Below are positions 39,273 through 50,281 of a stretch of DNA of 64,000 bases, piece by piece. The DNA is from Candidatus Aenigmatarchaeota archaeon (GTDB taxonomy: Archaea > Aenigmatarchaeota > Aenigmatarchaeia > CG10238-14 > SCSR01). The position numbers and the translations under genes were made by a program. The notes under the pieces were generated by a model. That model was given only the letters and a program-made list of their open reading frames with translations, was not told the origin of the DNA and ran no database searches. Each line of letters opens with the position of its first letter. Positions within the stretch are counted from its first letter, which is position 1. Location: contig JAVZHQ010000002.1 in NCBI GenBank assembly GCA_038998335.1, positions 64,001-128,000 on the forward strand, given 5' to 3'.

Positions 39273-39767
39273 TTATGGAGTATAGTTTTTAAGAAACTCA
39301 AAAGCTTTTGAGAAAACAGGGTTTTTATTCTCAGAAACTAAGGCTATATAGAAGCGCTTATAACGACTAGCTCTAGGATTTTTAATTTTTTTCTCCCAAC
39401 TTTTTGAAGTACTGCCCCCACTTATTTTCTCTAATTCAAAATTAGTCGCATAATTAAGTGAAAAAGGTAAAAAAGGCTTGAAGTTTTTATAATTCCCAAA
39501 AAACATAACAAGCTCTATAATTGTAAAATCAAGAACTAATTCTTTTTCTTTAAGATAATTTAAATGATTAAGAGTAACTTGAGGATAAGATTCACATAAA
39601 TCTAAAACTGTTGGGAACTTACCTTTTCTGTTAAAATCTATAACTTTAAACAAAACCTTTTTTTTATTTTCCCTCAAACCCATCTCTTCTACTTCATAAA
39701 CCTCTTTAATGTATTTAGAAATGTTTCCATCTTTTATGCGTTCTAGCAACTCGCTAACTTCTACCAC
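39273..39767 (-). CDS. Hypothetical protein, possible wHTH
   Basis: 164 aa; 'PTVLDL...NHLNYLKEKELV' resembles a wHTH. Confidence 0.55.
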   Translation of the reverse strand: MVEVSELLERIKDGNISKYIKEVYEVEEMGLRENKKKVLFKVIDFNRKGKFPTVLDLCESYPQVTLNHLNYLKEKELVLDFTIIELVMFFGNYKNFKPFLPFSLNYATNFELEKISGGSTSKSWEKKIKNPRASRYKRFYIALVSENKNPVFSKAFEFLKNYTP

Positions 39768-39826
39768 AAAAATTATTTAAGACCCAAAAGCTTTAATCGT
39801 TAAAACAAAAATTTATTTAGATAAAA

Positions 39827-40480
39827 ATGAACGTTTTTGAAGCGATTTTTGGAAGGAGAAGTGTAAGAAGTTTTAAAAAGGAAGAGATTGACGATAGACT
39901 TATTGGTTTAATGCTTTATTGTGCTACGCAAGCACCTTCAGCTGGAAACACTCAAGACTGGGTTTTTATCGTGGTAAAAAATGAAGAGATAAAAAGAAAA
40001 TTAGCAAAAGCTGCTTTAGACCAAGATTTTATAATAGAAGCTCCTGTAGTTGTAGTTGTTTGCTCAGACTTGAAAAAAATAAGTTTGAGATATGAAGAGA
40101 GAGGAGAAAGATTGTATTCGATTCAAGATGTTGCAGCAGCAACTCAAAACATGTTATTAGCGGCTTATGCCTTAGGCCTAAGCTCTTGTTGGGTTGGTGC
40201 TTTTGATGAAGAAGAAGTAAAGTTTATTCTAGAACTACCAGAGCATATAAGACCTTTAGCAATAATTCCTGTTGGCTATTCGGAAGAAAAACCAGAAGCT
40301 CCACCAAGGATTCCTTTCGAAAACCTAACTTATTTAGACAGGTTTGGTGGGAAATATCAAATTGAGTTTAAACCTTTAGAAACCTATTTGAGAGAAGCTT
40401 TAAAAAAGCTTAAAACCGTGGAGAAAAAACCAACTAAAAAAATTAGCTTTGAAGAGTTTATCAAAAGGTTAGTTAAATAA
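39827..40480 (+). CDS. Nitroreductase family protein
   Basis: 'RRSVRSF', 'APSAGNTQ', 'QNMLLAAYALGLSSCWVGAF'. Confidence 0.95.
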   Translation: MNVFEAIFGRRSVRSFKKEEIDDRLIGLMLYCATQAPSAGNTQDWVFIVVKNEEIKRKLAKAALDQDFIIEAPVVVVVCSDLKKISLRYEERGERLYSIQDVAAATQNMLLAAYALGLSSCWVGAFDEEEVKFILELPEHIRPLAIIPVGYSEEKPEAPPRIPFENLTYLDRFGGKYQIEFKPLETYLREALKKLKTVEKKPTKKISFEEFIKRLVK

Positions 40481-40514
40481 ATATTAAATTCAAAAATATA
40501 ATAAGGTCGAGTAA

Positions 40515-41939
40515 ATGAAAAAGTTAATCTTCTTTATTACCATAGCACTACTCTTGCTAGCTAAGTCAGCTTTTGCCCAAGATTTAGAGCTTTACTTTGA
40601 AACTGCGCAATTAAAAATGTACGCAGGAAAATCTGGCTCGATAGAAGTAACTGTTTTTAACAACCAAAACTTTACTGACACTTTTTCTTTGACTATATGG
40701 CCTACGCAATTTGCTGATGTTCTAACATCCATAGAAAACCCTAACTTGAGAATAAACGCAAAAAGTAACGCAAGCACAAAAATTTATTTTTTTGCTCCTG
40801 AGTGTGCAGACGAATCTACGATCCAATTTGAAATCACAGCAAGTTCTACAACTACAAACGTTTCAAAAGCAAAGAATATTTTGCTTACTGTTTTAAGAAC
40901 TTTCATAGTTTGCATTTCTGATTTCAAACTTGATAAGTATGGTGAAATCGACCCAAACGAATCTTTAAAGATAACAACATACCTTACAAATCCAACTTAT
41001 AAAGTATCGCCCCAATTTTTTGTTCAGACTAACATTAAGTTTGAAAACAGAACTATTGAAAGTTTTGACGAAACCATCCAACCAATGGCACAAAAGTCAA
41101 CAAAAATTTTGAGTTTGACCTATAATTTTAGTGAGTACGCAAGTCCAGGAATATATAGAATAGAGGTTTTGCTTAAAGATGAATTAAACAATCTAGTAAC
41201 AAAAAAAGAAGAAACAATTAGGATAAAAATAGTAAACAAAACTTCTACTCAAAGCTGGACTGACATAGGAATTCTTTCTGCAGTAACAACAGTAAAAATA
41301 AAAAACGAGGGAAACGTGCCAGTCCCTATAAAAATAACAACTTCAATTCCAAGCTTTATTAAAAATCTTTTCTTCCCAGAAATTCAACCTACTAGCGAGA
41401 AAGCACAAGATGGATGGATAGAATATGAATGGAATTTTGAAAACGTTAAGCCAGGAGAAGAAGTTACAATAAGGTATGAAATAAAGCTTCTTTATGTTTG
41501 GCTTTTCTGCTTGGGAGTAGTGATTGTGGTAATTCTTGCTTTTAAGTTTGTTTATGGTCCTACTGTTGTTAAGAAATACAAACCAATAGTTCCAACCTTA
41601 GGAAAAGAAATTACTATTGCCTTAGAGGTTAAGAATAGGAGCAGACATGAAATAGAAAACATTGAAATTAAAGACTTTGTTCCTACATTGTTTGAGGTTA
41701 GTGGGAAGTTTGACACTGTTAGACCAGATTCAATTAAAAAAATTAAAGGTGGAACAGTATTAACATGGAAATTTGCCTCACTTAAACCACTAGAAGAAAG
41801 AGTTTTAACTTACAAGATTAAACCAAAGATGGAAATAAGTGGAACTTTTAAATTGCCGAATGCTTATATGAAATACTTGGATAAGAAAAAAGAAGTTAAA
41901 AGTATAGTTTCCAAATCTATTTTAATCAAACCAGAATAA
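40515..41939 (+). CDS. Cell-surface/S-layer-associated Ig-domain membrane protein
   Basis: Signal peptide, repeated beta-sandwich units, internal TM, C-terminal 'ITIALEVKN...IKDFVP...LTW...YKIKP' domain. Confidence 0.7.
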   Translation: MKKLIFFITIALLLLAKSAFAQDLELYFETAQLKMYAGKSGSIEVTVFNNQNFTDTFSLTIWPTQFADVLTSIENPNLRINAKSNASTKIYFFAPECADESTIQFEITASSTTTNVSKAKNILLTVLRTFIVCISDFKLDKYGEIDPNESLKITTYLTNPTYKVSPQFFVQTNIKFENRTIESFDETIQPMAQKSTKILSLTYNFSEYASPGIYRIEVLLKDELNNLVTKKEETIRIKIVNKTSTQSWTDIGILSAVTTVKIKNEGNVPVPIKITTSIPSFIKNLFFPEIQPTSEKAQDGWIEYEWNFENVKPGEEVTIRYEIKLLYVWLFCLGVVIVVILAFKFVYGPTVVKKYKPIVPTLGKEITIALEVKNRSRHEIENIEIKDFVPTLFEVSGKFDTVRPDSIKKIKGGTVLTWKFASLKPLEERVLTYKIKPKMEISGTFKLPNAYMKYLDKKKEVKSIVSKSILIKPE

Positions 41940-41973
41940 GATTTAAAAAATCTTGTTGCAATTTTTTATATAT

Positions 41974-42087
41974 CCCCGCTTAGCTCAACGGTAGAGCGAC
42001 CGGCTGTAGGCGAGCGCTTTGGCGCCTGCTAGTAGCCATCGCTCGGTTAATACCGGTAGGTTGGGAGTTCAACTCTCCCAGCGGGGA
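41974..42087 (+). tRNA. tRNA-Tyr(GUA) with 42-nt intron at 37/38 (42010-42051)
   Basis: C1:G72 acceptor CCCCGCT/AGCGGGG; ACCGG-CT-GTA-G|A-CCGGT; intron stem CGAGCG/CGCTCG. Confidence 0.9.
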
Positions 42088-42157
42088 CTATTATTTTTAA
42101 GGTACAAAAACCAAAAACTTTAAAAGTTTTTAAATTCCAAATATCATAAATATATTC

Positions 42158-42273
42158 GTTGGCGGCCAAAGCGGGGAGGAAACATCTGTTCCCATTCCGA
42201 ACACAGTAATTAAGCTCCCCAGCGATCTGGGTTGTACTTTCCGAAAGGAAGGGAACTCCAGGACGCCGCCAAC
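42158..42273 (+). rRNA. rrf: 5S rRNA
   Basis: 116 nt; terminal helix GTTGGCGGC/GCCGCCAAC; conserved CCCATTCCGAACAC and TAAGC. Confidence 0.93.
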
Positions 42274-42348
42274 AATTTAAATTGGTGTCTGTATTAAAAG
42301 AAAAATAGAGAATGATGACTTTTCCTTAGAATTCAATGAGATAAGAAT

Positions 42349-42434
42349 GCCTCGGTGGTGTAGGGGCCTAATGGATAGGCTAAGCATACGAGCCTGTCAC
42401 GCTCGTGACACGGGTTCAAATCCCGTCCGAGGCG
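42349..42434 (+). tRNA. tRNA-Asp(GUC) with 13-nt D-arm intron at about 21/22 (42371-42383)
   Basis: GCCTCGG/CCGAGGC-G; CGAGC-CTGTCAC-GCTCG; oversized D-loop folds as GGCC[TA|A]T..A GGCT[AA|G]. Confidence 0.9.
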
Positions 42435-42446
42435 TATGGTGAAAAT

Positions 42447-42683
42447 ATGGAATTTGAAATAGAAAACCATAGGCTTGTACCAAAACATATTTTATTAAAC
42501 GAAAAAGAGAAAGAAGAACTTTTGAGAAAGTACGGCATAACGCTTAAAGAACTACCAAGGATTTTATCTTCAGACCCTATGGTAAAAGCTTTAAACGCAA
42601 AAGTAGGAGATGTCATTAAAATTATAAGGAAGAGCCCTACTGCTGAGGCAACTGAATATTATAGGGTAGTTGTAAAGGGGTGA
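42447..42683 (+). CDS. rpoH: RNA polymerase subunit Rpo5 (RpoH)
   Basis: 'HRLVPKH', 'LPRILSSDP', '[13 protein letters not shown]...YYRVV'; start at ATG 42447 after a GGTGA RBS. Confidence 0.97.
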   Translation: MEFEIENHRLVPKHILLNEKEKEELLRKYGITLKELPRILSSDPMVKALNAKVGDVIKIIRKSPTAEATEYYRVVVKG

Positions 42684-42687
42684 ACTC

Positions 42688-44166
42688 TTGAACGAAACCT
42701 TCCTTACACTTTTAGATGTTTTCACCAACGAAAAAGGTTTTGTAAGATTCCAGATAGATTCATACAACGACTTTATAACAAGAAGAATACCAAAAGTACT
42801 TTCAGAGATAGGAGTAATTAAACCAGAAGTTCCTGAGCTTGGTGAGTTTAAGATAAAGCTTGGTGAGTTTAAGATAGGGGAACCAACAGTTAAAGAAGCT
42901 GATGGTTCAACTAGGCCGATATTGCCGATGGAAGCTAGAATAAGAAACCTTACTTATGCTGCTCCTATGTACGTTGAAATGACACCAATTCTAAATAATA
43001 TAGAAAGTGAAAGTGTTGTTGTTAATTTTGGCGATATGCCTGTAATGGTAAAATCAAAAATTTGTCCTTTGTCTTTCATGTCAAAACAAGAACTTATAGA
43101 AGCCGGAGAAGACCCAGAAGACCCAGGAGGATATTTTATAATCAACGGAACGGAGAGAATTCTAGTACTAGTTGAAGAAATTGCTCCAAACAGAATAATT
43201 GTCTCAAAAGTTGATACAGGAAACATTTCAGAAATTGCAAGAATTCACTCTGAAAAAGATGGTTATGTTCAAAGACATTTACTTGAGAGAAAAAATGATG
43301 GTTTAATATTTATCAGTTTTGCCAATATAACAAGGCTTCCTCTTGTTATCCTTCTGAAGGCATTAGGCTTGGAGTCTGACAGAGATATAGTAACTGCTAT
43401 TTCTACCGATTCAGAAGTTCAGGAAGAATTTTATGTTAATCTCTACGAAGCTGGAATTTCTACAAGAAACGAGGCTTTAGATGAAATAGGAAAACACTTA
43501 AAAATACCTCAAAAAGAGTACAGGATAGATAGAGCAACAAAGTTAATAGACAAATACTTACTTCCTCACTTAGGCCAAAATCCTGAGAACAGAATGGAAA
43601 AAGCTGTTTTCCTGGCAAAAGCTGCTGGCAAGCTTATCAAGTTGCATTTAGGAAAAATTGAAGAAGACGATTTAGACCATTATTCAAACAAAAGAATCAG
43701 ATTAGCTGGTGATTTGCTAGAGATTTTACTTAGGTCTATACTGCTTGGAAAATGGGGATTAATAACAAGAATTACTTACAATTATCAAAAATTAACAAAA
43801 AGAGGTAGACTACCTCCTTTGCAGGCAATAGTAGAATCTAATGTTTTAACAAACCAGATCGTTTCTGCTTTAGCAATAGGTTCATGGGTTGGTGGAAGAA
43901 CTGGAGTAAGCCAAAGGTTAGAAAGGGGCAGCTATATAAAAACTTTATCTCACATGAGAAACGTGCTTTCACCTCTAACTTCAACTCAAGAGCATTTCGA
44001 AGCAAGAGAGCTTCATCCTACTCATTGGGGCAAGCTATGCACAAGCGAAACACCAGAAGGTGCAACGATAGGATTAAGGAAGTACTTAGCTTTAATGGCT
44101 GAAGTAACTAGTGGCTTAGGCGAAAAGGAAAGAAAAGCTGTTCTGAATATAATAAAAGGTGGTTGA
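42688..44166 (+). CDS. rpoB2: RNA polymerase subunit Rpo2N (RpoB'')
   Basis: 'QIDSYNDF', 'DPGGYFIINGTER', 'EARELHPTHWGKLC..ETPEG'. Confidence 0.97.
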   Translation: MNETFLTLLDVFTNEKGFVRFQIDSYNDFITRRIPKVLSEIGVIKPEVPELGEFKIKLGEFKIGEPTVKEADGSTRPILPMEARIRNLTYAAPMYVEMTPILNNIESESVVVNFGDMPVMVKSKICPLSFMSKQELIEAGEDPEDPGGYFIINGTERILVLVEEIAPNRIIVSKVDTGNISEIARIHSEKDGYVQRHLLERKNDGLIFISFANITRLPLVILLKALGLESDRDIVTAISTDSEVQEEFYVNLYEAGISTRNEALDEIGKHLKIPQKEYRIDRATKLIDKYLLPHLGQNPENRMEKAVFLAKAAGKLIKLHLGKIEEDDLDHYSNKRIRLAGDLLEILLRSILLGKWGLITRITYNYQKLTKRGRLPPLQAIVESNVLTNQIVSALAIGSWVGGRTGVSQRLERGSYIKTLSHMRNVLSPLTSTQEHFEARELHPTHWGKLCTSETPEGATIGLRKYLALMAEVTSGLGEKERKAVLNIIKGG

Positions 44167-45963
44167 ATGACTGACATATTTTTAGACGGAAAATATGTTG
44201 GTTCTACTAACGAACCAGAAAAGTTAGTTGAAAAAATCAGAAATGAAAGAAGAAACGGACTTATTTCAAGTCAAGTTAACGTTGTTTATTATAAAGAGCA
44301 TGATGAGATAAGAATTTTAACAGACCCTGGAAGAGTAAGAAGACCTTTAATAATTGTAGAAAATGGAAAACCAAAACTAACCCAAGAACATATAGAGAAG
44401 TTAAAGAAAGGTGAAATGAAATGGGACGATTTACTTAAAAATGGAATTATCGAATATTTGGACGCAGAAGAAGAAGAAAATGCCTACATAGCTCTTAAAC
44501 CAGAAGAGTTAACATCAGAGCATACTCACTTAGAGCTAGATTCTTCTTTGATTCTTGGCCTTTCTGCTTCTTTTATTCCATATCCAGAGTTTAACAGAGG
44601 TGATAGAGTAAACTATGGAGCAAAAATGATTGGTCAGTCGATTGGTCTATTTATAACAAATTATCTTAGCAGAGTAGACACAAAATCCAACTTTATGATT
44701 TATCCTCAAGTTCCAATTGTTCAAACTTATGCTCATAAAATTATAAACTATGAAAAGCATCCAAGTGGAAGTAATGTTATAGTTGCTATTGCTTCTTTCC
44801 AAGGTTACAACATGGAAGATGCTATTGTTATAAATGCTAGTTCATTACAAAGAGGTTTGTTCTGGTCCTATATGCTCAGAACTTATGAAGCTGAACAGAA
44901 GAGATACATGGGAGGACAAGAAGATATAATAGGTATTCCTGAACCAGGAGTAAGAGGATATGCAGGTGAAGATGCTTACAAACATTTGCCAGAAGACGGG
45001 ATAGTTAATCCTGAAACTCTTGTTAATTCAGATGATGTTCTTATAGGAAGAGTTTCACCATTAAGATTTTTAGGTTCAATGGACCAATTCGTCACAGGAA
45101 TAGAAAATATAAGAGAAACTTCTGTTAGACTAAGACATGGAGATTCAGGAATCGTTGATAGAGTATTTTTAACTGAAACAGTAGACGGAACCAAACTCGT
45201 AAAAGTTGTGGTTAGAGACTTGAAAATTCCAGAAATAGGTGATAAGTTTGCAAGCAGGCATGGACAGAAAGGGGTTATTGGATTAATACTTCCTCAAGAA
45301 GATATGCCATTTACAGAGGATGGAATAGTTCCTGATATAATTTTCAACCCGCATGGAATACCTTCAAGAATGACTATGGGGCAGCTTTTAGAAATTATCG
45401 CAGGAAAAGTTGGCGCACTTTCTGGAAGGTATATTTTCTCCCCACCATTTAACCCAACACCAGAAAAAGAATTAAGAAGTATGTTAGAAGCTTATGGTTT
45501 TAGAAATGATGGAAAAGAGACTATGTACGACGGAATAACAGGAAAGAAATTTGAAGCACAAATTTTTATAGGCAGTTGCTTTTACCAAAAATTGGACCAT
45601 CTAGTTTCAAACAAAATCCATGCAAGGTCAAGAGGACCTGTCACATTATTAACCAAACAACCAACAGAAGGAAGGAGCAAGGAAGGAGGTTTAAGATTAG
45701 GAGAGATGGAAAAAGATTGCTTAATTGCGCATGGCGCAGCGCTTGCTTTAAAAGAAAGGTTTGACTCTGATAAAACTACTGTATCTGTTTGTAGTGAGTG
45801 CGGTTTAGTTGCAATATTTGACAGAATAAAAAACAGAAAGTACTGCCCTGTTTGTAAAGAATCAAAAATTATTGATGTTGAAATGAGCTACGCCTTTAAA
45901 CTAATGTTAGATGAACTTAAAAGCATGCTTATATATCCAAGAATTGTTGTAAAGGAGGAGTAA
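44167..45963 (+). CDS. rpoB1: RNA polymerase subunit Rpo2C (RpoB')
   Basis: 'GYNMEDA', 'GDKFASRHGQKG', 'QPTEGRSKEGGLRLGEME'. Confidence 0.97.
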   Translation: MTDIFLDGKYVGSTNEPEKLVEKIRNERRNGLISSQVNVVYYKEHDEIRILTDPGRVRRPLIIVENGKPKLTQEHIEKLKKGEMKWDDLLKNGIIEYLDAEEEENAYIALKPEELTSEHTHLELDSSLILGLSASFIPYPEFNRGDRVNYGAKMIGQSIGLFITNYLSRVDTKSNFMIYPQVPIVQTYAHKIINYEKHPSGSNVIVAIASFQGYNMEDAIVINASSLQRGLFWSYMLRTYEAEQKRYMGGQEDIIGIPEPGVRGYAGEDAYKHLPEDGIVNPETLVNSDDVLIGRVSPLRFLGSMDQFVTGIENIRETSVRLRHGDSGIVDRVFLTETVDGTKLVKVVVRDLKIPEIGDKFASRHGQKGVIGLILPQEDMPFTEDGIVPDIIFNPHGIPSRMTMGQLLEIIAGKVGALSGRYIFSPPFNPTPEKELRSMLEAYGFRNDGKETMYDGITGKKFEAQIFIGSCFYQKLDHLVSNKIHARSRGPVTLLTKQPTEGRSKEGGLRLGEMEKDCLIAHGAALALKERFDSDKTTVSVCSECGLVAIFDRIKNRKYCPVCKESKIIDVEMSYAFKLMLDELKSMLIYPRIVVKEE

Positions 45964-45964
45964 A

Positions 45965-48496
45965 ATGCAAGTTGACAGAATAGAGTTCTCAATTTTGAGT
46001 CCAGAAATGATTAAAAAAATGAGTGTAGCAAAAATTACAAAAACTGAGCTTTACGATCAAGAAGGTTATCCGATAGAAGGAGGCCTAATGGACCCAAGGT
46101 TGGGAGTTGTTGATCCTGGAATAAGATGTAGAACATGCGGAGGAAGTGTTGGAGAATGCCACGGACATTTTGGTTATCTTGAGCTTACTCGTCCAGTAGT
46201 TCACGTACATTATGCAAAAATAATTTTAAGCCTTTTGAAAGTTTGTTGTAAAAAGTGCGGAAGAGTTTTGATAGCAGAAAAAGATGTACAAAAGATAAAA
46301 ACCAAAAAAGTACCTTTTAAAGAGATAGTAAAACTTGCAAAGAAAAAATGCCCTTACTGTAATGCTGAACAAGGAAAGATAAAGTTCATCAAACCTTATA
46401 CTTTTCTTGAAGATAATGAAATTTTGAACCCCATAAAATTAAGAGAAAGACTTGAGAAAATTCCTAGCGAAGATCTTGAGCTTTTAGGATTTAAAGGTAT
46501 GCGTCCAGAATGGCTTATCTTAACGCTTTTGCCCATTCCACCAGTTACTGTTAGGCCATCTATAACACTGGAAACAGGAGAAAGGTCTGAAGATGATTTA
46601 ACTCACAAGCTTGTTGATATAGTAAGAATTAACGAAAGGTTAAAAGAAAATATAGATTTAGGAGCGCCAGATTTTATTATCGAAGACCTTTGGGAGCTTT
46701 TGCAGTACCATGTTGCAACCTTTTTTGATAATGAAATAACTGGTGTTCCGCCAGCAAGGCATCGCTCTGGAAGAGTTCTCAAAACTCTTTCTCAAAGACT
46801 TAAGACAAAAGAAGGAAGGTTTAGAGGGAATTTAGCAGGCAAGAGAGTTAATTTCTCGGCAAGAACTGTTATAAGTCCAGATTCTATGATAGATATAGAT
46901 GAGGTGGGTGTTCCTGAAATTGTTGCTAAAGAATTGACTATTCCTGTAAGAGTGAATGAAAAAAATATAGAGGAGATGAGAAGACTAGTTCTCAACGGAA
47001 CAAACTGGCCTGGAGCAAATTATGTGATAAGACCTGACGGAAGAAGAAAGAAAGTGACAAACGAAAATAAGGAAGATTTAGCTAAAGAATTAGCTCCTGG
47101 CTATATTGTAGAAAGGCACATAAGAGATGGTGATATAGCACTTTTCAACAGACAACCAAGTTTGCATAGAATGAGCCTTATGGCCCATAGAGTAAGGGTA
47201 ATGCCATTCAAAACTTTTAGACTTAACTTATGTTCTTGCCCTCCTTATAATGCAGATTTTGACGGAGATGAGATGAATTTGCATATACCTCAAACAGAAG
47301 AGGCTCAAGTTGAAGCGCAAGAATTGATGATAGTCCCAAAACACATGAGAAGTCCAAGATTTTCTGGGCCAATAATAGGGGCAGTAAAAGATCATATTAC
47401 TGGATTATACTTGCTAACTCATGGAAATAAGAAGTTTAAGAGAGAAGAGTTTGTACAACTCATAAGAGCTGTTGACCAAGAAATAGAAATACCTGAAAAG
47501 GAGTACATGAGTGGAAAAGAAATATTCAGCCTTTTCTTACCAAAAGACTTTTCCATAGAGCATAAAGCAAAATGCTGTAAAGGATGTGAAAAATGTTTGA
47601 AAGAAAAATGTCCTTATGATGCTTATGTTGTTATAAAAAATGGAAAATTAATTTGTGGTACCATAGATAAAGCTGCTGTCGGCGACGAAGATGGAAAAGT
47701 TATAGATAAAATGGAAAAGGAATATGGGGCTATGTTCTTGAAGAAGTTCTTGTTCAACATAACCAGACTTTCTATTCAAGTTCTAATGAATTCTGGTTTT
47801 TCCTTAAGTATTTCAGATCAAGACCTAACAGAAGAAGAGACTAGAGAAATTAAAAAAGTTTTAGATAATGTAAGAAGAGAAGTTGATGAACTTATAGAAG
47901 CCTACGAAAAAGGAGAAATTAGAATTCTTGCCGGAAGAACCCCAAAAGAAAGTTTGGAGCATTTGATTAAAATAAAGTTAAGAAATGGGTTGAACGAAGT
48001 AGGAAAAATATTGGCTGAAAGGGCAAAAGAAAATCCAACAATAATAATGGCAAAAAGTGGGGCAAGAGGAAGTCTGGTAAATCTTGTACAGACTGCTGCA
48101 GTTATAGGACAGGAAACTGTTATGGGAGAAAGAATGGAAAGAGGTTACCAAGAAAGAACTTTCCCACATTTCAAAAGAGGCGATGTGAGCCTAGAGGCAA
48201 AAGGGTTTGTTGGTAGGGGATTTAGAAGCGGTTTAACTCCTTTTGAATTTTTCTTTGACGCAATAAACAGTAGAGAATCTTTGATGGATAAATCGCTCAA
48301 AACAAGACATTCGGGTTATATGGAAAGAAGATTAGTAGGAGCTTTACAAGATTTGAAAGTTGAGTATGACGGAAGTGTAAGAGATAGTGCCAAAAGAATT
48401 GTTCAATTCTTACCCGGAGAAGACGGGCTTGATCCTTCAAAAATTAAAAAGGTTGGTATAGATGTTAGAGGAATTGCAGAAAAATTATTTGGATGA
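45965..48496 (+). CDS. rpoA1: RNA polymerase subunit Rpo1N (RpoA')
   Basis: Catalytic [11 protein letters not shown], '[14 protein letters not shown]'. Confidence 0.98.
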   Translation: MQVDRIEFSILSPEMIKKMSVAKITKTELYDQEGYPIEGGLMDPRLGVVDPGIRCRTCGGSVGECHGHFGYLELTRPVVHVHYAKIILSLLKVCCKKCGRVLIAEKDVQKIKTKKVPFKEIVKLAKKKCPYCNAEQGKIKFIKPYTFLEDNEILNPIKLRERLEKIPSEDLELLGFKGMRPEWLILTLLPIPPVTVRPSITLETGERSEDDLTHKLVDIVRINERLKENIDLGAPDFIIEDLWELLQYHVATFFDNEITGVPPARHRSGRVLKTLSQRLKTKEGRFRGNLAGKRVNFSARTVISPDSMIDIDEVGVPEIVAKELTIPVRVNEKNIEEMRRLVLNGTNWPGANYVIRPDGRRKKVTNENKEDLAKELAPGYIVERHIRDGDIALFNRQPSLHRMSLMAHRVRVMPFKTFRLNLCSCPPYNADFDGDEMNLHIPQTEEAQVEAQELMIVPKHMRSPRFSGPIIGAVKDHITGLYLLTHGNKKFKREEFVQLIRAVDQEIEIPEKEYMSGKEIFSLFLPKDFSIEHKAKCCKGCEKCLKEKCPYDAYVVIKNGKLICGTIDKAAVGDEDGKVIDKMEKEYGAMFLKKFLFNITRLSIQVLMNSGFSLSISDQDLTEEETREIKKVLDNVRREVDELIEAYEKGEIRILAGRTPKESLEHLIKIKLRNGLNEVGKILAERAKENPTIIMAKSGARGSLVNLVQTAAVIGQETVMGERMERGYQERTFPHFKRGDVSLEAKGFVGRGFRSGLTPFEFFFDAINSRESLMDKSLKTRHSGYMERRLVGALQDLKVEYDGSVRDSAKRIVQFLPGEDGLDPSKIKKVGIDVRGIAEKLFG

Positions 48497-49595
48497 AATA
48501 GTTTTACCTAAGAGAATTGTTAAAGAGATAGAAGAAGTTGCTAAAGAGAAAAAGCTAACAAAAGAACAACTAAAAAAATTGGAAGAAGAAGTAAAGAAAG
48601 AATATTTAAGATCAAGGTTTGAACCAGGTGAAGCAATAGGTATAATTGCTGCTCAAAGCATATCTGAACCAGCTACTCAAATGACAATGAGAACTTATCA
48701 CTTTGCTGGCTCTGCAGGTATAAAAGTTACTTATGGGTTACCTCGTCTAATTGAAATTTTTGACGCAAAGAAAAATCCAGAAACACCTATGATGACAATT
48801 TACCTTAAAAAAGAATTTAATAACAGAGAAGATGCAAAAAAAGTTGCAGAAAAAATCTTGGAGAAAAAAGTCCTTAAGCTAATGAAAAGAGCTTCTATAG
48901 ACTTAAGCGAAGGGTTAATAGAAATTGAACCAATAGATTTAAGAAAAATAAGCTCTATTGCTGAAGCTATAAAAGAAAATTTCAAAGATTTAAAAGTTCA
49001 AGTGAAAAAAGATGCAATAGTAATTAAACCAAAAAAAGAGATTGAGATAAGGGAATTGCAAAGAATAAGGGAAAAGATATTAAACACTAGAGTTAGTGGA
49101 ATTGAAGGCATTTCTAACGTGGTTGTTAGAAGAGAGGGTGATGACTGGATTATTAACACTATAGGTTCTAATTTGGAAGAAGTCCTTAAAATAAAGGAAG
49201 TTGATAGCACAAGAACTATTACTAATGACATTTATGAAACTGCGAGAGTTTTAGGAATAGAAGCTGCAAGGAACTTAATAATAAACGAAGCACAAAAAAC
49301 TTTGGAAGAACAAGGTTTAAATGTTGATGTTCGTCACTTAATGCTTGTGGGAGATATAATGACAAGAAGTGGAACGATAAAACCAATAGGAAGGTATGGA
49401 GTTGCTGGTGCAAAATCTTCAATCCTAGCAAGAGCAGCTTTTGAAGAGACTATTAAACATTTGGTTAAAGCTTCTGTTAGAAATGAAGTTGATAGTTTCC
49501 AAGGAATTTTCGAAAATGTTATGATTGGACAAGTAGTTCCAGCAGGAACTGGAATGTTTGAGCTAGTGGCAAGGTTTGAAGAGGAAGAAAAATGA
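48462..49595 (+). CDS. rpoA2: RNA polymerase subunit Rpo1C (RpoA''); exact start uncertain
   Basis: '[25 protein letters not shown]', 'LARAAFEET'. Confidence 0.97.
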   Translation: MLEELQKNYLDEIVLPKRIVKEIEEVAKEKKLTKEQLKKLEEEVKKEYLRSRFEPGEAIGIIAAQSISEPATQMTMRTYHFAGSAGIKVTYGLPRLIEIFDAKKNPETPMMTIYLKKEFNNREDAKKVAEKILEKKVLKLMKRASIDLSEGLIEIEPIDLRKISSIAEAIKENFKDLKVQVKKDAIVIKPKKEIEIRELQRIREKILNTRVSGIEGISNVVVRREGDDWIINTIGSNLEEVLKIKEVDSTRTITNDIYETARVLGIEAARNLIINEAQKTLEEQGLNVDVRHLMLVGDIMTRSGTIKPIGRYGVAGAKSSILARAAFEETIKHLVKASVRNEVDSFQGIFENVMIGQVVPAGTGMFELVARFEEEEK

Positions 49596-49852
49596 GCCTA
49601 GCAAAAACAATTCAAGACGCAATAAAAAGTAAAAAAGCAATAATAGGTTATAGAGAATCGATTAAATATTTGAAGTTAAACAAAGCAGAATTAATTATAC
49701 TGGCAGAAAATTCACCAGAAAAGATAAAAAAAGAAATTGAACATATAGCAAAAATTGCAAACATTAAACTAGAAACTGTTAAAGAGAGTAAAGAATTAGG
49801 AGTTATGTGTGGGAAACCATTTCCAGTAACAACTGTAGTGATTAAAGGATAA
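49592..49852 (+). CDS. rpl30e: 50S ribosomal protein eL30
   Basis: '[10 protein letters not shown]'; operon position. Confidence 0.93.
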   Translation: MSLAKTIQDAIKSKKAIIGYRESIKYLKLNKAELIILAENSPEKIKKEIEHIAKIANIKLETVKESKELGVMCGKPFPVTTVVIKG

Positions 49853-49854
49853 CT

Positions 49855-50277
49855 ATGAGTCTAACCTTCAACACAGAAACCATAAGACTTATAACACTCT
49901 TTGAAAACCTTACCGGAGCTAGAGTCAAGGATTGTGTAATAGATAAAGAAAGCAACACTGTTTATTTTCTGGTAGAAGAAGGAATGATTGGTATAGCTAT
50001 AGGAAAGAATGGAAGCGTTGTTAAAAATGCAGAAAAGTTAATAGGAAAAAACATTAAAATATTTGAATTTTCAAAAGACCTGAAAACTTTTGTAAAGAAA
50101 CTTATACCACAAGCTAATGAAATAAGAATAAAGAATGAAAACAACTCGATAATAGTTGAAGTAAAAGTAGACAAGAAAGAAAAGGCTTTAGTTATAGGAA
50201 GGGATGAGAAAAACTTAAAAATATTAAAGCAATTATTTCAAAGAAACCATAAAGTTAATGATTTAGTTGTAAGGTGA
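49855..50277 (+). CDS. nusA: Archaeal NusA (KH domains)
   Basis: 'AIGKNG' KH motif; operon position. Confidence 0.93.
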   Translation: MSLTFNTETIRLITLFENLTGARVKDCVIDKESNTVYFLVEEGMIGIAIGKNGSVVKNAEKLIGKNIKIFEFSKDLKTFVKKLIPQANEIRIKNENNSIIVEVKVDKKEKALVIGRDEKNLKILKQLFQRNHKVNDLVVR

Positions 50278-50281
50278 AAAA

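Noticed and set aside
42311-42348. Possible C/D box sRNA (ATGATGA) between 5S and tRNA-Asp
   Set aside because: No CTGA D box follows and the space is too short.
42405-42446. N-terminal extension of RpoH in the ORF track
   Set aside because: It overlaps tRNA-Asp; the real start is ATG 42447 after a GGTGA RBS.
42688-49595. Breaks in rpoB and rpoA as frameshifts or hidden introns
   Set aside because: These are the normal archaeal B''/B' and A'/A'' splits; I saw no BHB-like insert at the junctions.
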